Assembly: GCA_023249225.1 (NCBI GenBank)
Contig: JAHFDA010000005.1
Coordinates: 7,995-71,994, forward strand
Source: a bacterium
Lineage (GTDB): Bacteria > Margulisbacteria > Marinamargulisbacteria > JAHFDA01
Length of the DNA: 64,000 nucleotides
Direction: 5' to 3'
The first letter of the stretch is position 1. Every line of letters begins with the position of its first letter. Below the pieces are notes generated by a model that was not told the origin of the DNA, ran no database searches, and saw nothing but the letters and a program-made list of their open reading frames with translations. A program made the translations under genes and the position numbers. Shown one piece after another: positions 28,738-38,400 of the stretch.

Positions 28738-29456
28738 GTTCTTAACTTGCCAATATACCAGTCTTCGAGACTGCCGCCTTGCGTGGGATTCCAATAATCT
28801 ACAGTCTTGCCAAGATTAAGCAGATGCACGGCATGGGCTAGTTGCTGCACGTCTGACAGTATGTGTGAGCAGATAAACATGCTGGTGCCGCCACCCTGAA
28901 GCTCTTTAAGCACATCAATAATGTCACGTCGGCTTAGCGGGTCGAGGCCCGAAAAAGGTTCGTCCAAAATCAATAGACCCGGATTTTGAATTAAGGCAAT
29001 GGTCAGGGCCAGTTTCTGACGCATGCCCTTGCTATAGGTCGAGACGGCATTCTTCTGCCGGGGTTCATCCAGGTGCATTCTCCGTAACCAGTGATTACTG
29101 CGTTCGCGAATTGCCTCTGCAGCAAGACCTTTAAGTCGGCCAAAATACAAAATATTTTCGTCGCCGCTGGCCCAGGGATACAAGGCGGGAGTCTCGGGCA
29201 CGTAGGCCACTCTCTGACGCGCCTTGGGAATACCCGGGTTTTCTCCGTATAAAGTAATTTTTCCCTTATCTGGACGCATTAAGCCGAGCAAGAGCCTGAT
29301 CAGCGAGGTTTTACCGGCACCATTTGGACCGACCAAAACATAAGTTTGTCCATCCGAAACGGTAAAACTAATATTGTCCACCGCCCGCACAGTTTGGCGG
29401 GCGTTTAATCCGGTGACGTATGTCTTGCAGAGTTGTTCAACGCTAATGGGTGTCAT
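28734..29456 (-). CDS. ABC transporter ATP-binding protein (PilH/Xap-like)
   Basis: GPNGAGKT, YSKGM and LILDEPFSGLDP motifs. Confidence 0.92.
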   Translation of the reverse strand: MTPISVEQLCKTYVTGLNARQTVRAVDNISFTVSDGQTYVLVGPNGAGKTSLIRLLLGLMRPDKGKITLYGENPGIPKARQRVAYVPETPALYPWASGDENILYFGRLKGLAAEAIRERSNHWLRRMHLDEPRQKNAVSTYSKGMRQKLALTIALIQNPGLLILDEPFSGLDPLSRRDIIDVLKELQGGGTSMFICSHILSDVQQLAHAVHLLNLGKTVDYWNPTQGGSLEDWYIGKLRT

Positions 29457-30285
29457 GGCTGTTTTCAAAAGCAAATTTATTTTTATTATAGCGGTAAGGA
29501 TAGCCCCATGGGTCTTCGGGAAGCTGATTCAGCAGTTGCGCTTTAATCAACTCATCAACCGACTCGGGTATCTGTTTGTGGATATCATAAAATAGATGCA
29601 ATTTTGAGTTGAGCGCAAGTAAAAATATCTGGTTCATGTAGTGCTTTAGGCCTTTTTGAAGCTGCTCTTTTAAGGCTTTATCCTGGGTTTGTTCGGCAAA
29701 TTCAAATAGCAGCTTCCAGGCTTCTTCGGGCTTGCCCTGGGCCGCTGTAAAACGAATGGCCATGCTTTTAAGCATGGTCTTGGTGGCCGGATAGGGGCAC
29801 AGTTCCCAGGCACGATTATAGTAATCGCTGGCACTGGCATAATCTGCCAAAAAATAATAAGCGTTAAAGGCCCGCCACAAAGGAAACAGGTAGTTTTCAG
29901 GCAAATTTTGCATCCCTTTTTCAAGCAGGGCATTGCTTAGGTCGTAACGGTGGGCCTCCCAGGCCAGCAATATTCCGCCAGTTTCGTAGGGATACGTAAA
30001 CCGGGGGTCAATGGTGGTGCTTTGCTGGCAAGCCTGATAAAAGTATTCCCAGTCTTTTTCGTTACGCAGCTGGCGGGCAAAGCCCTTTAAAAAGGCCACA
30101 TCCGCCAGGATATTGCGGTATCCCATAGACAACTTGTTTAAAAACTCTCCCGGCCATACGGCGGGATAAAGTTTGGGCTTTAAGAGCTGCTGCTGGTAAA
30201 GCTGCCCATGGAATGATCCGCACCCCAGCGCCAGCAAACCAATCAGCAGTCCACCTTTAATTTGACGCAGAAAATACTTTTCCAT
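29443..30285 (-). CDS. Membrane-anchored TPR-like pilus accessory protein
   Basis: N-terminal TM, helical repeats (DPRFTYPY, LLEKGMQNLP) and a C-terminal LPEDPWG pseudopilin-like motif; coupled to the ABC genes. Confidence 0.6.
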   Translation of the reverse strand: MEKYFLRQIKGGLLIGLLALGCGSFHGQLYQQQLLKPKLYPAVWPGEFLNKLSMGYRNILADVAFLKGFARQLRNEKDWEYFYQACQQSTTIDPRFTYPYETGGILLAWEAHRYDLSNALLEKGMQNLPENYLFPLWRAFNAYYFLADYASASDYYNRAWELCPYPATKTMLKSMAIRFTAAQGKPEEAWKLLFEFAEQTQDKALKEQLQKGLKHYMNQIFLLALNSKLHLFYDIHKQIPESVDELIKAQLLNQLPEDPWGYPYRYNKNKFAFENSHDTH

Positions 30286-30438
30286 CTGCCCATTTTATTT
30301 TAGAGGATCTTCGCGTATTTGTGTGGGTAAATTAAGCCGTTCCATGTTGTTTAGACTCTGGAAATTCCCGAGTAGCATCCTGATTTGATCTTTCTAAAAA
30401 CTGGGGTTAGGGGGTTCGGGTAAATAACCTAACCCATT

Positions 30439-32292
30439 CTAGATGTTAATAATCTGCGGCGTAATGGTAATAATCAACTCGCGCTCGTCTTTGTCTTCAA
30501 CCGTGCTGGCAAAAAAACTGCCGATGACCGGCAATTGCCCAAGTAAGGGCAGCCCTGTTTTAGTGACCGTATCGGTGGAACTTAACAGACCGCCGATGAC
30601 CGCTGTTTCACCGTCGTTGATCCGTAACGTGGTTGAGGCCTCGCGGGTCTGTACTTGTGGAATGTTGCTGATATAACCCGAAATAAAACTGACTTCGGTC
30701 GAGATTTGCACGGTGATACTGCTGTCAACCGGATTGATCAGCGGTGTCATCTTAAGGCGTACGCCCACCTCGACGGTTTCTACCTCACTGGTGGTGCCGC
30801 CTGAAGCCGAAGTGCTGGTGTTGACATAGGGCACCTCATCGCCAATAAAGATACTGGCTTCTTTGTTGTTTAAGGCCGACAGGCGTGGGGTGGCCAGCAC
30901 ATGGGCGTTGGCTTGTTCAAAAGTTGCATCTAAATTGGCTGCCAAACCAATGTTGCTTAAGGTAGCCTCGTGAATGGGTGCCTGCAAAGGCACGGTGTAG
31001 GTGGTTTTAAGGCCCGAGGTGTCAATTTTAAGACCCAGTTTGTCTAGTTTGCTACGGCTGATTTCGGCCACTTTGACTTCGATAATCACTTGTTGGGGCT
31101 TGCTGCGGTCAATTTGTTCCAGAATACTTTCGAGGCGCTCAAAGGTGCTTTGCATGGCTTTGATAATCAGCATGTTTTCATCGGCCGATTCCTGGATGGA
31201 TTCGCCCTGGTCGGAGGAAATAAAATTTTTAAGGATGTTCATGGCATCGGCAGATTTGACGTTTTTAAGCTGATAGACCTGAATGAGCAGCGTTTTAAAA
31301 GATGCTAAGTTGGCCCGTGGGGCAATAAAAATGGTGTTTCCAATGCGCTCATAATCATATCCGTTGGCTTTTAGAATAAGATCCAGGGCCTTGTCGAGCT
31401 CAACATCTTTTAAATGGATGGTGATATGCCCCACCATGCTTTTGTCGCCAATAAAATTTAACCCGGTTTTTTCGGTCATAATGGGGATAATGTCTTGAAT
31501 GTCAGTGTCGATCACATTCAGCGAAATATATTTTTTTCCAAGATCTTCCTGACCGGGAGCAATGGTGCTGTAGGTAAGTGTGCGCAGCGCCTCGGTAAAG
31601 GTTCCATCGGCTTTGTATGCCGTGACATGCACAGTATTTTCACCAAGCACCAGCGGTACCTTGGTCGAAAAACGCCCACCATCTCCAATTTCGACGGGAT
31701 TGTTATTGACCTCAACCCGTGTGGCTCCCTTGGCCAGACCTTTGACCAAGACCTTGCTTTTTGACGTGGTAAACGCATGCGGAGGTTCTAAAATGGTCAG
31801 CTCGGGGTTCTGGACCTCGTTGTCTCCTGCTTCTTTGGTCAATCGCTTAACACTGCGGATCACGCTATCCTTTTCACCATTTTTACGCAGGGCATCGATC
31901 TGGATCATAAAGAGTCCGGGTTTAGGTAATGGCACCCTGGTCTCAAACTCACCTGCGTTGCCAATGGGTACTTCTTGCCCATTCACTTGGAGCCGTTCCG
32001 CGCTGCGCACGATTCCTCGCACCATCACGAATGATTCATACGTGGTGGTGGAATCACCTGGCGTCATCAGTTCGATGGACGGACTTTGTCCGGGTACAGA
32101 CGGTTGATCAAGTTGAACATTAATTTCCTTGGCCAGGATTGTCACAGGCATTGTGATCAAGCCAGCAATAACCATCCCTGCCAGTGCCCGCTGCCCAAGT
32201 TTTTTCACAATAAGAGTACTTAACCTCTTAACCACGCTTGTTCCACCCTTCGCCCCGCGCCTTACCATGATTATTCCACACCCACCCCACAA
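30439..32292 (-). CDS. Secretin (PilQ/GspD family) with two N-terminal Ig-like repeats
   Basis: QVIIEVKVAE, VLATPRL, GVRLKMTP, GETAVIGGL, LPLLGQLPVIG and ELIITITP motifs. Start uncertain (32292, 32268 or later). Confidence 0.9.
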   Translation of the reverse strand: MWGGCGIIMVRRGAKGGTSVVKRLSTLIVKKLGQRALAGMVIAGLITMPVTILAKEINVQLDQPSVPGQSPSIELMTPGDSTTTYESFVMVRGIVRSAERLQVNGQEVPIGNAGEFETRVPLPKPGLFMIQIDALRKNGEKDSVIRSVKRLTKEAGDNEVQNPELTILEPPHAFTTSKSKVLVKGLAKGATRVEVNNNPVEIGDGGRFSTKVPLVLGENTVHVTAYKADGTFTEALRTLTYSTIAPGQEDLGKKYISLNVIDTDIQDIIPIMTEKTGLNFIGDKSMVGHITIHLKDVELDKALDLILKANGYDYERIGNTIFIAPRANLASFKTLLIQVYQLKNVKSADAMNILKNFISSDQGESIQESADENMLIIKAMQSTFERLESILEQIDRSKPQQVIIEVKVAEISRSKLDKLGLKIDTSGLKTTYTVPLQAPIHEATLSNIGLAANLDATFEQANAHVLATPRLSALNNKEASIFIGDEVPYVNTSTSASGGTTSEVETVEVGVRLKMTPLINPVDSSITVQISTEVSFISGYISNIPQVQTREASTTLRINDGETAVIGGLLSSTDTVTKTGLPLLGQLPVIGSFFASTVEDKDERELIITITPQIINI

Positions 32293-32294
32293 AG

Positions 32295-32780
32295 TTATAT
32301 CTCCTTCATCTCCCCTACCTTAATAAACACCTTCTTGTAACTGCGCCTAACCTCGACTCCTAACGGATTGATATCCACCACTTCCATGTCAAAAATCTGC
32401 TGGCCTTTAGACACTCGAAATATGGTTTCTTCAACAGCAATAATGGCTTTAGGCAGATCGACAATCACCACGCCTTTCACTGTCAGATGGTAGGTCTGCT
32501 GAAATACATTAGCTGTAGACATGTCAGACGCCTCAAAAGGTTTAAACAGTTCGCGGTCGCTGGGCGTGAATAAATTTTTCCAATCCTCAACGATATCTTT
32601 AGAAGGCAACGCTGCAACCGGTGGCGACACCTTGCTTAGGTTAATATTCTGCTGTAGTTCATTTAATTTTTGTTTAATCTGGCTGGACACATCCTTTTGG
32701 GTCTTTTTTTTAAGCAAATCGCATCCCGACAGGGCCAGGGCCACTGCCATAAGTAAAATGCCATAGCGTTTAAATGGCAT
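32295..32780 (-). CDS. PilP-like lipoprotein
   Basis: Lipobox LSGC and a C-terminal beta domain; directly upstream of the secretin. Confidence 0.6.
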   Translation of the reverse strand: MPFKRYGILLMAVALALSGCDLLKKKTQKDVSSQIKQKLNELQQNINLSKVSPPVAALPSKDIVEDWKNLFTPSDRELFKPFEASDMSTANVFQQTYHLTVKGVVIVDLPKAIIAVEETIFRVSKGQQIFDMEVVDINPLGVEVRRSYKKVFIKVGEMKEI

Positions 32781-33381
32781 AAAATAACACCAGTGTCACC
32801 ATCAGCATTTGCTTGCTGTCTTTGGCAGGATCAATGCTAAGGTCTTTGTAACTTACCCGTTGTGGCAGCGCCTTTATTTTTGCAAATAAAGTGGCAATTT
32901 GTTTTGTGCTTCCCAGCAGACGCACGTCTAAGAACATTTGGTACAAGGCGTCATTGACCTGCTGCTGTGGCTTGCGCTGGATGGTATCTACCCGGCAGCC
33001 GCTATCCTGAATAAGTTGTGGAAGCACCTGATTGCTGAATTTTAAAGCCTCGGCTGGCGAAAATAACAGGGTTTGTACTTGAACCAGGCGCTCGGAGAGT
33101 TCCTTTCGTTTTTTTTCGGCTGCCCGCTTGCGTCGCTGCAAAATCTCCAGTTCCTGTTCCTGTGCGTGATACTGCGCCTTGGCCTGTTGCAGCTTTTGAT
33201 ACTGGTTGTAAAAGTTAAATTGAAACGTTAAAAAACAGAGCAATAAAGCCACACCCGCATACACCACACTCTGGTTCTTTTGAAACCATAAAGCACCCGG
33301 ATGGTCCAGGACAGGCAAAGTCATTAGTTTTTTTTCAAATTGATTCCATAATCTAAAAAAGAGTTTTTGAAATTTATGCAT
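32770..33381 (-). CDS. PilO-like protein
   Basis: One TM, a coiled coil and a ferredoxin-like C-terminal pattern; position in the M-N-O-P-Q order. Confidence 0.6.
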   Translation of the reverse strand: MHKFQKLFFRLWNQFEKKLMTLPVLDHPGALWFQKNQSVVYAGVALLLCFLTFQFNFYNQYQKLQQAKAQYHAQEQELEILQRRKRAAEKKRKELSERLVQVQTLLFSPAEALKFSNQVLPQLIQDSGCRVDTIQRKPQQQVNDALYQMFLDVRLLGSTKQIATLFAKIKALPQRVSYKDLSIDPAKDSKQMLMVTLVLFYAI

Positions 33382-33382
33382 T

Positions 33383-34843
33383 TTACAGGGTCGCCTGTAG
33401 CACAAACTTGGTTTGATAACTGGTCTCGGTGATAATATTTTCCACTGACCTGATTTCCACCCGCGAAAGGTAATGGTTTACCTGATCCACCAGCATGTTG
33501 ACAGACGATTCTAGAATGCATCGTCCGTGTAGCTCCAGGGTATCGGGCGGGATATATTTAATCTGGGTCAGCCAACTGTCCTCGGGCATCACAGACTGCA
33601 GCATGGCGATGATCACGTCCAGATCGGGAACCTTGGTTTCGACTTCCTGGTAGAGTTTTAGCTTGGTTTCAATATCAGCATAGTTGACTTCCATTTCTTG
33701 AGACAGGGCAATCAAACGGCGATAACGGCCCTCCCATTCCAAAATATGCCATTTAAAGAAACTGAAAGAAGCCACATTAAGCGCAATGATGGCTAGCACG
33801 GCAGCCGCCAAGATACCCACGGATTGTGGATTAAAAAAATATTTGCGGCGCAGCAGGCTGTCGAAGATGGTAGGGTGCGACAGCTCTTTATTAAGCCGTG
33901 CCCCTTCAACCAGGGCCGCTAACGCGGCCATCCACACCTGTGGATGGGGCACCGGACCTTCTGGGATGGAGGTAAAAAGGTGCAGCGGCTCGAGCGAATT
34001 GACCTGGCTGGCCTTGCATACCTCGGCCATACGCTCGGCCAAGGGTTTAAAATGGCCGTTCCAGGCAAACACAGAAACCTGTCCAATCGACACCCCGCCC
34101 GCATACTTGGCCTGCAAAGCTAAAAAAAGGCTTTTAAGGCGTTTAAGCACTTCGGCCTGTTCGTCATCCCATTGGCGCAACGCGGCTTCGGTCTGCTGTA
34201 CCCGATGCAGTTCAATTAAACGGTGGCCGCAGAAAATTGAGAATTCGCTGTATTTTTCACCCACATACAGCCCCATCTGATAGACATCGGGCGAAGCATC
34301 GGCATCAATTAAAAACGCCATGCAGCCGATTTGATCTACGCTGCTTAGGCCGCCGATGCGCAGCGCCGTATATTCCAGCGTAGACTGCCAGGCCTGAAAG
34401 GTTGCCTCGGGCACGTTTAGGTAATACACCGGGATTTTTTGAAATAAATCTCCGCTGCCACCAGGGGGCGGTTGAAAATAAACGATCTGTGGAAGGGCGG
34501 TTTCGGGCGATGCGCTGCTGGAATCCTGCTCACCCACCTTATTCACCAGGATTTCGTGAATCTCGGCGTTGTTTAGCCCATGCAGATCCATTACATTGTG
34601 TCCGATGATGCCCTCGGCAATCGTCACATGCACCGAACGTGCTTGTGGGTACTCTGACAGGATGTTGTTTAAAAAGGGGCCCAACACCCCAGCATTGGGA
34701 AAGCCTTCGGCGGCAAAACTGTCCGATGGCAAGGCCTGGTGGGCCCAGGAAATGACCTTACGTTCGAGATAATCTATCAGTACCAGTGCCACCCCATCCG
34801 CATGGAGGGTAATTCCCAAACACAGATCCCCCCGGCTGGCCAT
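33383..34843 (-). CDS. PilM-PilN-like fusion (GspL-like architecture)
   Basis: Actin-like N-terminal region, a single TM, then a PilN-like MPEDSWLTQI motif. Confidence 0.65.
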   Translation of the reverse strand: MASRGDLCLGITLHADGVALVLIDYLERKVISWAHQALPSDSFAAEGFPNAGVLGPFLNNILSEYPQARSVHVTIAEGIIGHNVMDLHGLNNAEIHEILVNKVGEQDSSSASPETALPQIVYFQPPPGGSGDLFQKIPVYYLNVPEATFQAWQSTLEYTALRIGGLSSVDQIGCMAFLIDADASPDVYQMGLYVGEKYSEFSIFCGHRLIELHRVQQTEAALRQWDDEQAEVLKRLKSLFLALQAKYAGGVSIGQVSVFAWNGHFKPLAERMAEVCKASQVNSLEPLHLFTSIPEGPVPHPQVWMAALAALVEGARLNKELSHPTIFDSLLRRKYFFNPQSVGILAAAVLAIIALNVASFSFFKWHILEWEGRYRRLIALSQEMEVNYADIETKLKLYQEVETKVPDLDVIIAMLQSVMPEDSWLTQIKYIPPDTLELHGRCILESSVNMLVDQVNHYLSRVEIRSVENIITETSYQTKFVLQATL

Positions 34844-34867
34844 AGCTATATCGTATAACGGAAAGTC

Positions 34868-35440
34868 TTAGATGTGTTTAATCTTGAGAAAACGTTTCAG
34901 CTCGCTGGATTCCACAAAAAAAGAAATCTTTCCGTCGGAGTTAGACTTTAAAAACCGTTTGTATTTTTGCACCACGACAGTCTGGGTGCCCTTGGTCACG
35001 AGGCCGAAACCACGGATATCGTATTTAGAAACGTCATAAGGATAAATGTTAACCCCATAGATAGATTCATCTGCTTGATAATAATTGGCATTGACCTTGC
35101 GGTAGAAAATATAAACCGCAGCGGGATCCACTTGAGTCAAGTCTATGGAAAGTTCTACATTGGTCAAAGCAATCGGTGGATCGCCATTGGCGTACACATT
35201 CCAGGTGGTGGTCTTGCTGGGCCCTATCGGATCCGGAATGTTGTCGGTCAGCTGCAGGTGAGCCACCATTTCCTCTATAGCCGAATCGGCCAGAATATCG
35301 GCCTGCAACGTCAGGCGGTCGTTGCGTGCGGCACGTAGGCTCATCTGCATGGAATACAAGAGCCCCCCCGCCCCCAAGGCAGCAATCATGGCCCCAATCA
35401 GCACCGCCAGAAACACGCTCCCGCGCTTATTTTTGATCAC
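34868..35440 (-). CDS. PilX/GspK-like minor pilin
   Basis: KNKRG|SVFLAVL (no E5) and QAxxLADSAIE, typical of PilX N-termini. Confidence 0.7.
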   Translation of the reverse strand: MIKNKRGSVFLAVLIGAMIAALGAGGLLYSMQMSLRAARNDRLTLQADILADSAIEEMVAHLQLTDNIPDPIGPSKTTTWNVYANGDPPIALTNVELSIDLTQVDPAAVYIFYRKVNANYYQADESIYGVNIYPYDVSKYDIRGFGLVTKGTQTVVVQKYKRFLKSNSDGKISFFVESSELKRFLKIKHI

Positions 35441-35449
35441 ATTTATATC

Positions 35450-38400
35450 TTAGAACAGGCCGTAGCCAACACGCAGTTTATCCACATCGGGTCGGTTATA
35501 CGTGCGGCCCGCCCCGTTGTTGGCCAGTTTGCCCACCATGTGTAGGCAGTACCAAAAGCTTTTAGATGCCACCCCCGCCAGCGAAATATTGATGTTTGCT
35601 TTAACATTGGAACGTGAATCTTCAAACACTTCGAGCTGCAGGTTCCAGGTTATGCCATCTGGTGACAGATATAGCGCATAACCGGTTCCCTTAAGGGAAC
35701 TTGTCCCATAAACCTGCACATTTTTTAAACTGGTGTAACGTCGGTCTGCCACCGCTAACTGCGCGTCTACGGGCACAACTTCGTATGAATTCAAATTACC
35801 GGCAAAACCCGGATATTCAAAATATCCGATATCGGGATTAAAACCGGTATAATCACTGCCTAATTTTGTGCCCCGGGTACCCTTGTCAATGGCCAGCGAA
35901 CTGGCGCTGACCATGGTGATTTCAAAAATAGTGCCCATGTCAGTTAAAAAAACAGGATCCTTTCTAGAATTTCCCAGCGTTGCGTCCAACGTAAAATTAG
36001 CACTGTCAACAATCGACTGCTCTAAATTCAACACGCTGCCAACACCCTTGAATAGGCCGTATTTGGCATGATTCCAAAGGATATTGTTTCTGGCCGTTAA
36101 CGTGGTTCCGTTGCCATAAACGCATACGCCATCACTGCCATCGGTGGCATCATTGGCGCGAAATGTGCAATTTTCTAAGTAGCCTATCGCACCGCCCAGC
36201 ATCTCGATCGCACCGCCGCTCCCGGGCGTACCTGAATTCACCACATTTTCAGAAAAGATGCAGCGGTTAATGCCAAACAAACCTCCGTAAATGGCCAGAG
36301 CACCGCCATAATTAGGCGCCACATTGCCGTCAAACTCACATTCCTTAAAATAGATCAGGCTGTTGCTATCTAGAACAGCCGACACGGCACCTCCACCCAG
36401 GGTGCTGGTGTTGTTTGAAAATGTATTTTCAAGAATATTAATATTCATTCCGAGTGCTATAGACGAATTGGTCTGGTTAATGCGGATAGAGCTTTTAACG
36501 TTGGTGGCATCTTGAAACCAACTATCCCGGATCGTCAGATTAACGACTTTAGGATTTTCAAAGGCAGTCCCGGCATTGCTAAAATTGATAGGCGATTTGC
36601 CGCCACCCGTGCGATTAAAGGCACATTCGGCAATGATGACGTTAGACTCTTTGGTTTGACTGGAATTGTAATAAACGTTTACTGCATCCTGAACCAAATC
36701 ATTGAATTGAATTTGCCTGATATCCAATGTGACCGGGTTGACCATGGTCAGGGGCACTCCACCACCAGGCGGTGTCCACTTGATCTTTGAGCGTGCATCC
36801 CAGCCATAGATCGTTAAACCACTCACCACCGGGGCCAGAGACTCGGTATAGGCACCGCTGCAGTAGTCTTCCAACAGAATTTTATCGTTATCCCGCGCAA
36901 AATTAAGTGCGCTAACCAGACTTACAAAAGGTTTGCTGACCAGGCCTTCTTGAAAGGCTGGATCAAGGTCGCCCAGCTGCGGATCCCAGCAACCCGCAAA
37001 AATAGCGCGGTTAGGCGTGCTGGCCACACCCACGGTGCCTAAAAACTCTTGCGTGCCGCCATAGGCTCCCATGTCAGTTGCCACCACTCCCTGGGCGGGC
37101 GGAATAGCCGAGTCTGTGCCCGCCCAAGCACTGGAACCTGTGTCAATGGCTATGCTGGCAAGCGCCACGGTGGTTGTATCAGGTTTGCGAAAGGTGGTAG
37201 CGTTGATGGCCTTTAACTTAAAGCTGTTGGTCTGATACGTTTCGGAGAGCCACTTGCGACTAGCCGTACCTGGTCCGCCAGGACAAAAATTTGTATTCCA
37301 GTTCCAATTATAGGGAATATTGTCGTTGTGCCCCGGGCTGCCAGCATAAATCATGCCATTTTGCATACCATTGCTGGTTTCAATCATAATATAATTGACA
37401 CTGGCACCGCCTCCAAGCGGAATTTTGGTAGAAATGTCCATATCGGCAATGTCTGCGTTATAAAAGTAGTTGCTTTTAATTTTTGTTTCAGGCCTTTGGC
37501 CGCCATAGGCTTCGGGAACATCGGTATAGGTAGAGTAAATGGCCGTGCCCCCCGCCGGAAAATCAGCAAAAATATTGTTTTCAATCACCGGGTTGGCGTC
37601 ATCCATGTTGATGCAATAACCTTTCATGCCAGAGAACACATTGTTATAACACTTCCAGTTGTCAGCCACGCTGGCCAGGATATTGCCATTGTCAAACACG
37701 ACGCCACTGCTTTTGTAATTACGAAAGATGTTCCCAAAAATATGGGTCTGCGACATCCAGGCTGCAGGAGCGCTCGGATACATTTTGGCAATCCGAATCG
37801 CTTCATAAGAGGAGTCGGCGGCTTTCACGTAAGCATCAAAATAATTGTTATCAATCCATAAAGTGGCCGGCCCACCATCATAAAATACGGCCTGTATTCC
37901 GTAATTACCATCACCAAGCTGCTGGTCTAAGAACGAATTCTTTTGGATGCGCAGACCTTGGTCAGTCGATCCCGCAAACATAATGTGCATGTCATATTTG
38001 TTGTAGCGAAAAACATTATTGCGTACATAATGAAGCACTCCGTTAACCACGCTAGAATAGAACACTAGGCCATAGCTATTGTTGATAAAGTAGTTGTCTT
38101 CTATAAAACACGAAGCCCCTGGATCAGAAATGCTGACATTGCCGTATGGGTCAGAAGCCACATAAAGGTTAGGCGTGCTACGCCCCGCTATGGCCGAAGT
38201 TTTTGACTCAAAGTGGTTACCGTTAACATAGGCAGGCCCCACATTGCCCTGAATATAAACATGGTAGCGGTTGCCGCCTACAAATACATTATTGCGTACG
38301 GTTAAAGTGGCTCCAGAACCAAACCCACTTTCTTGAAACTCCATGCCGGTCATTCCGGCGCCCGCATAAGCCGCGTCTTTGTAATAACAATTTTCAACCG

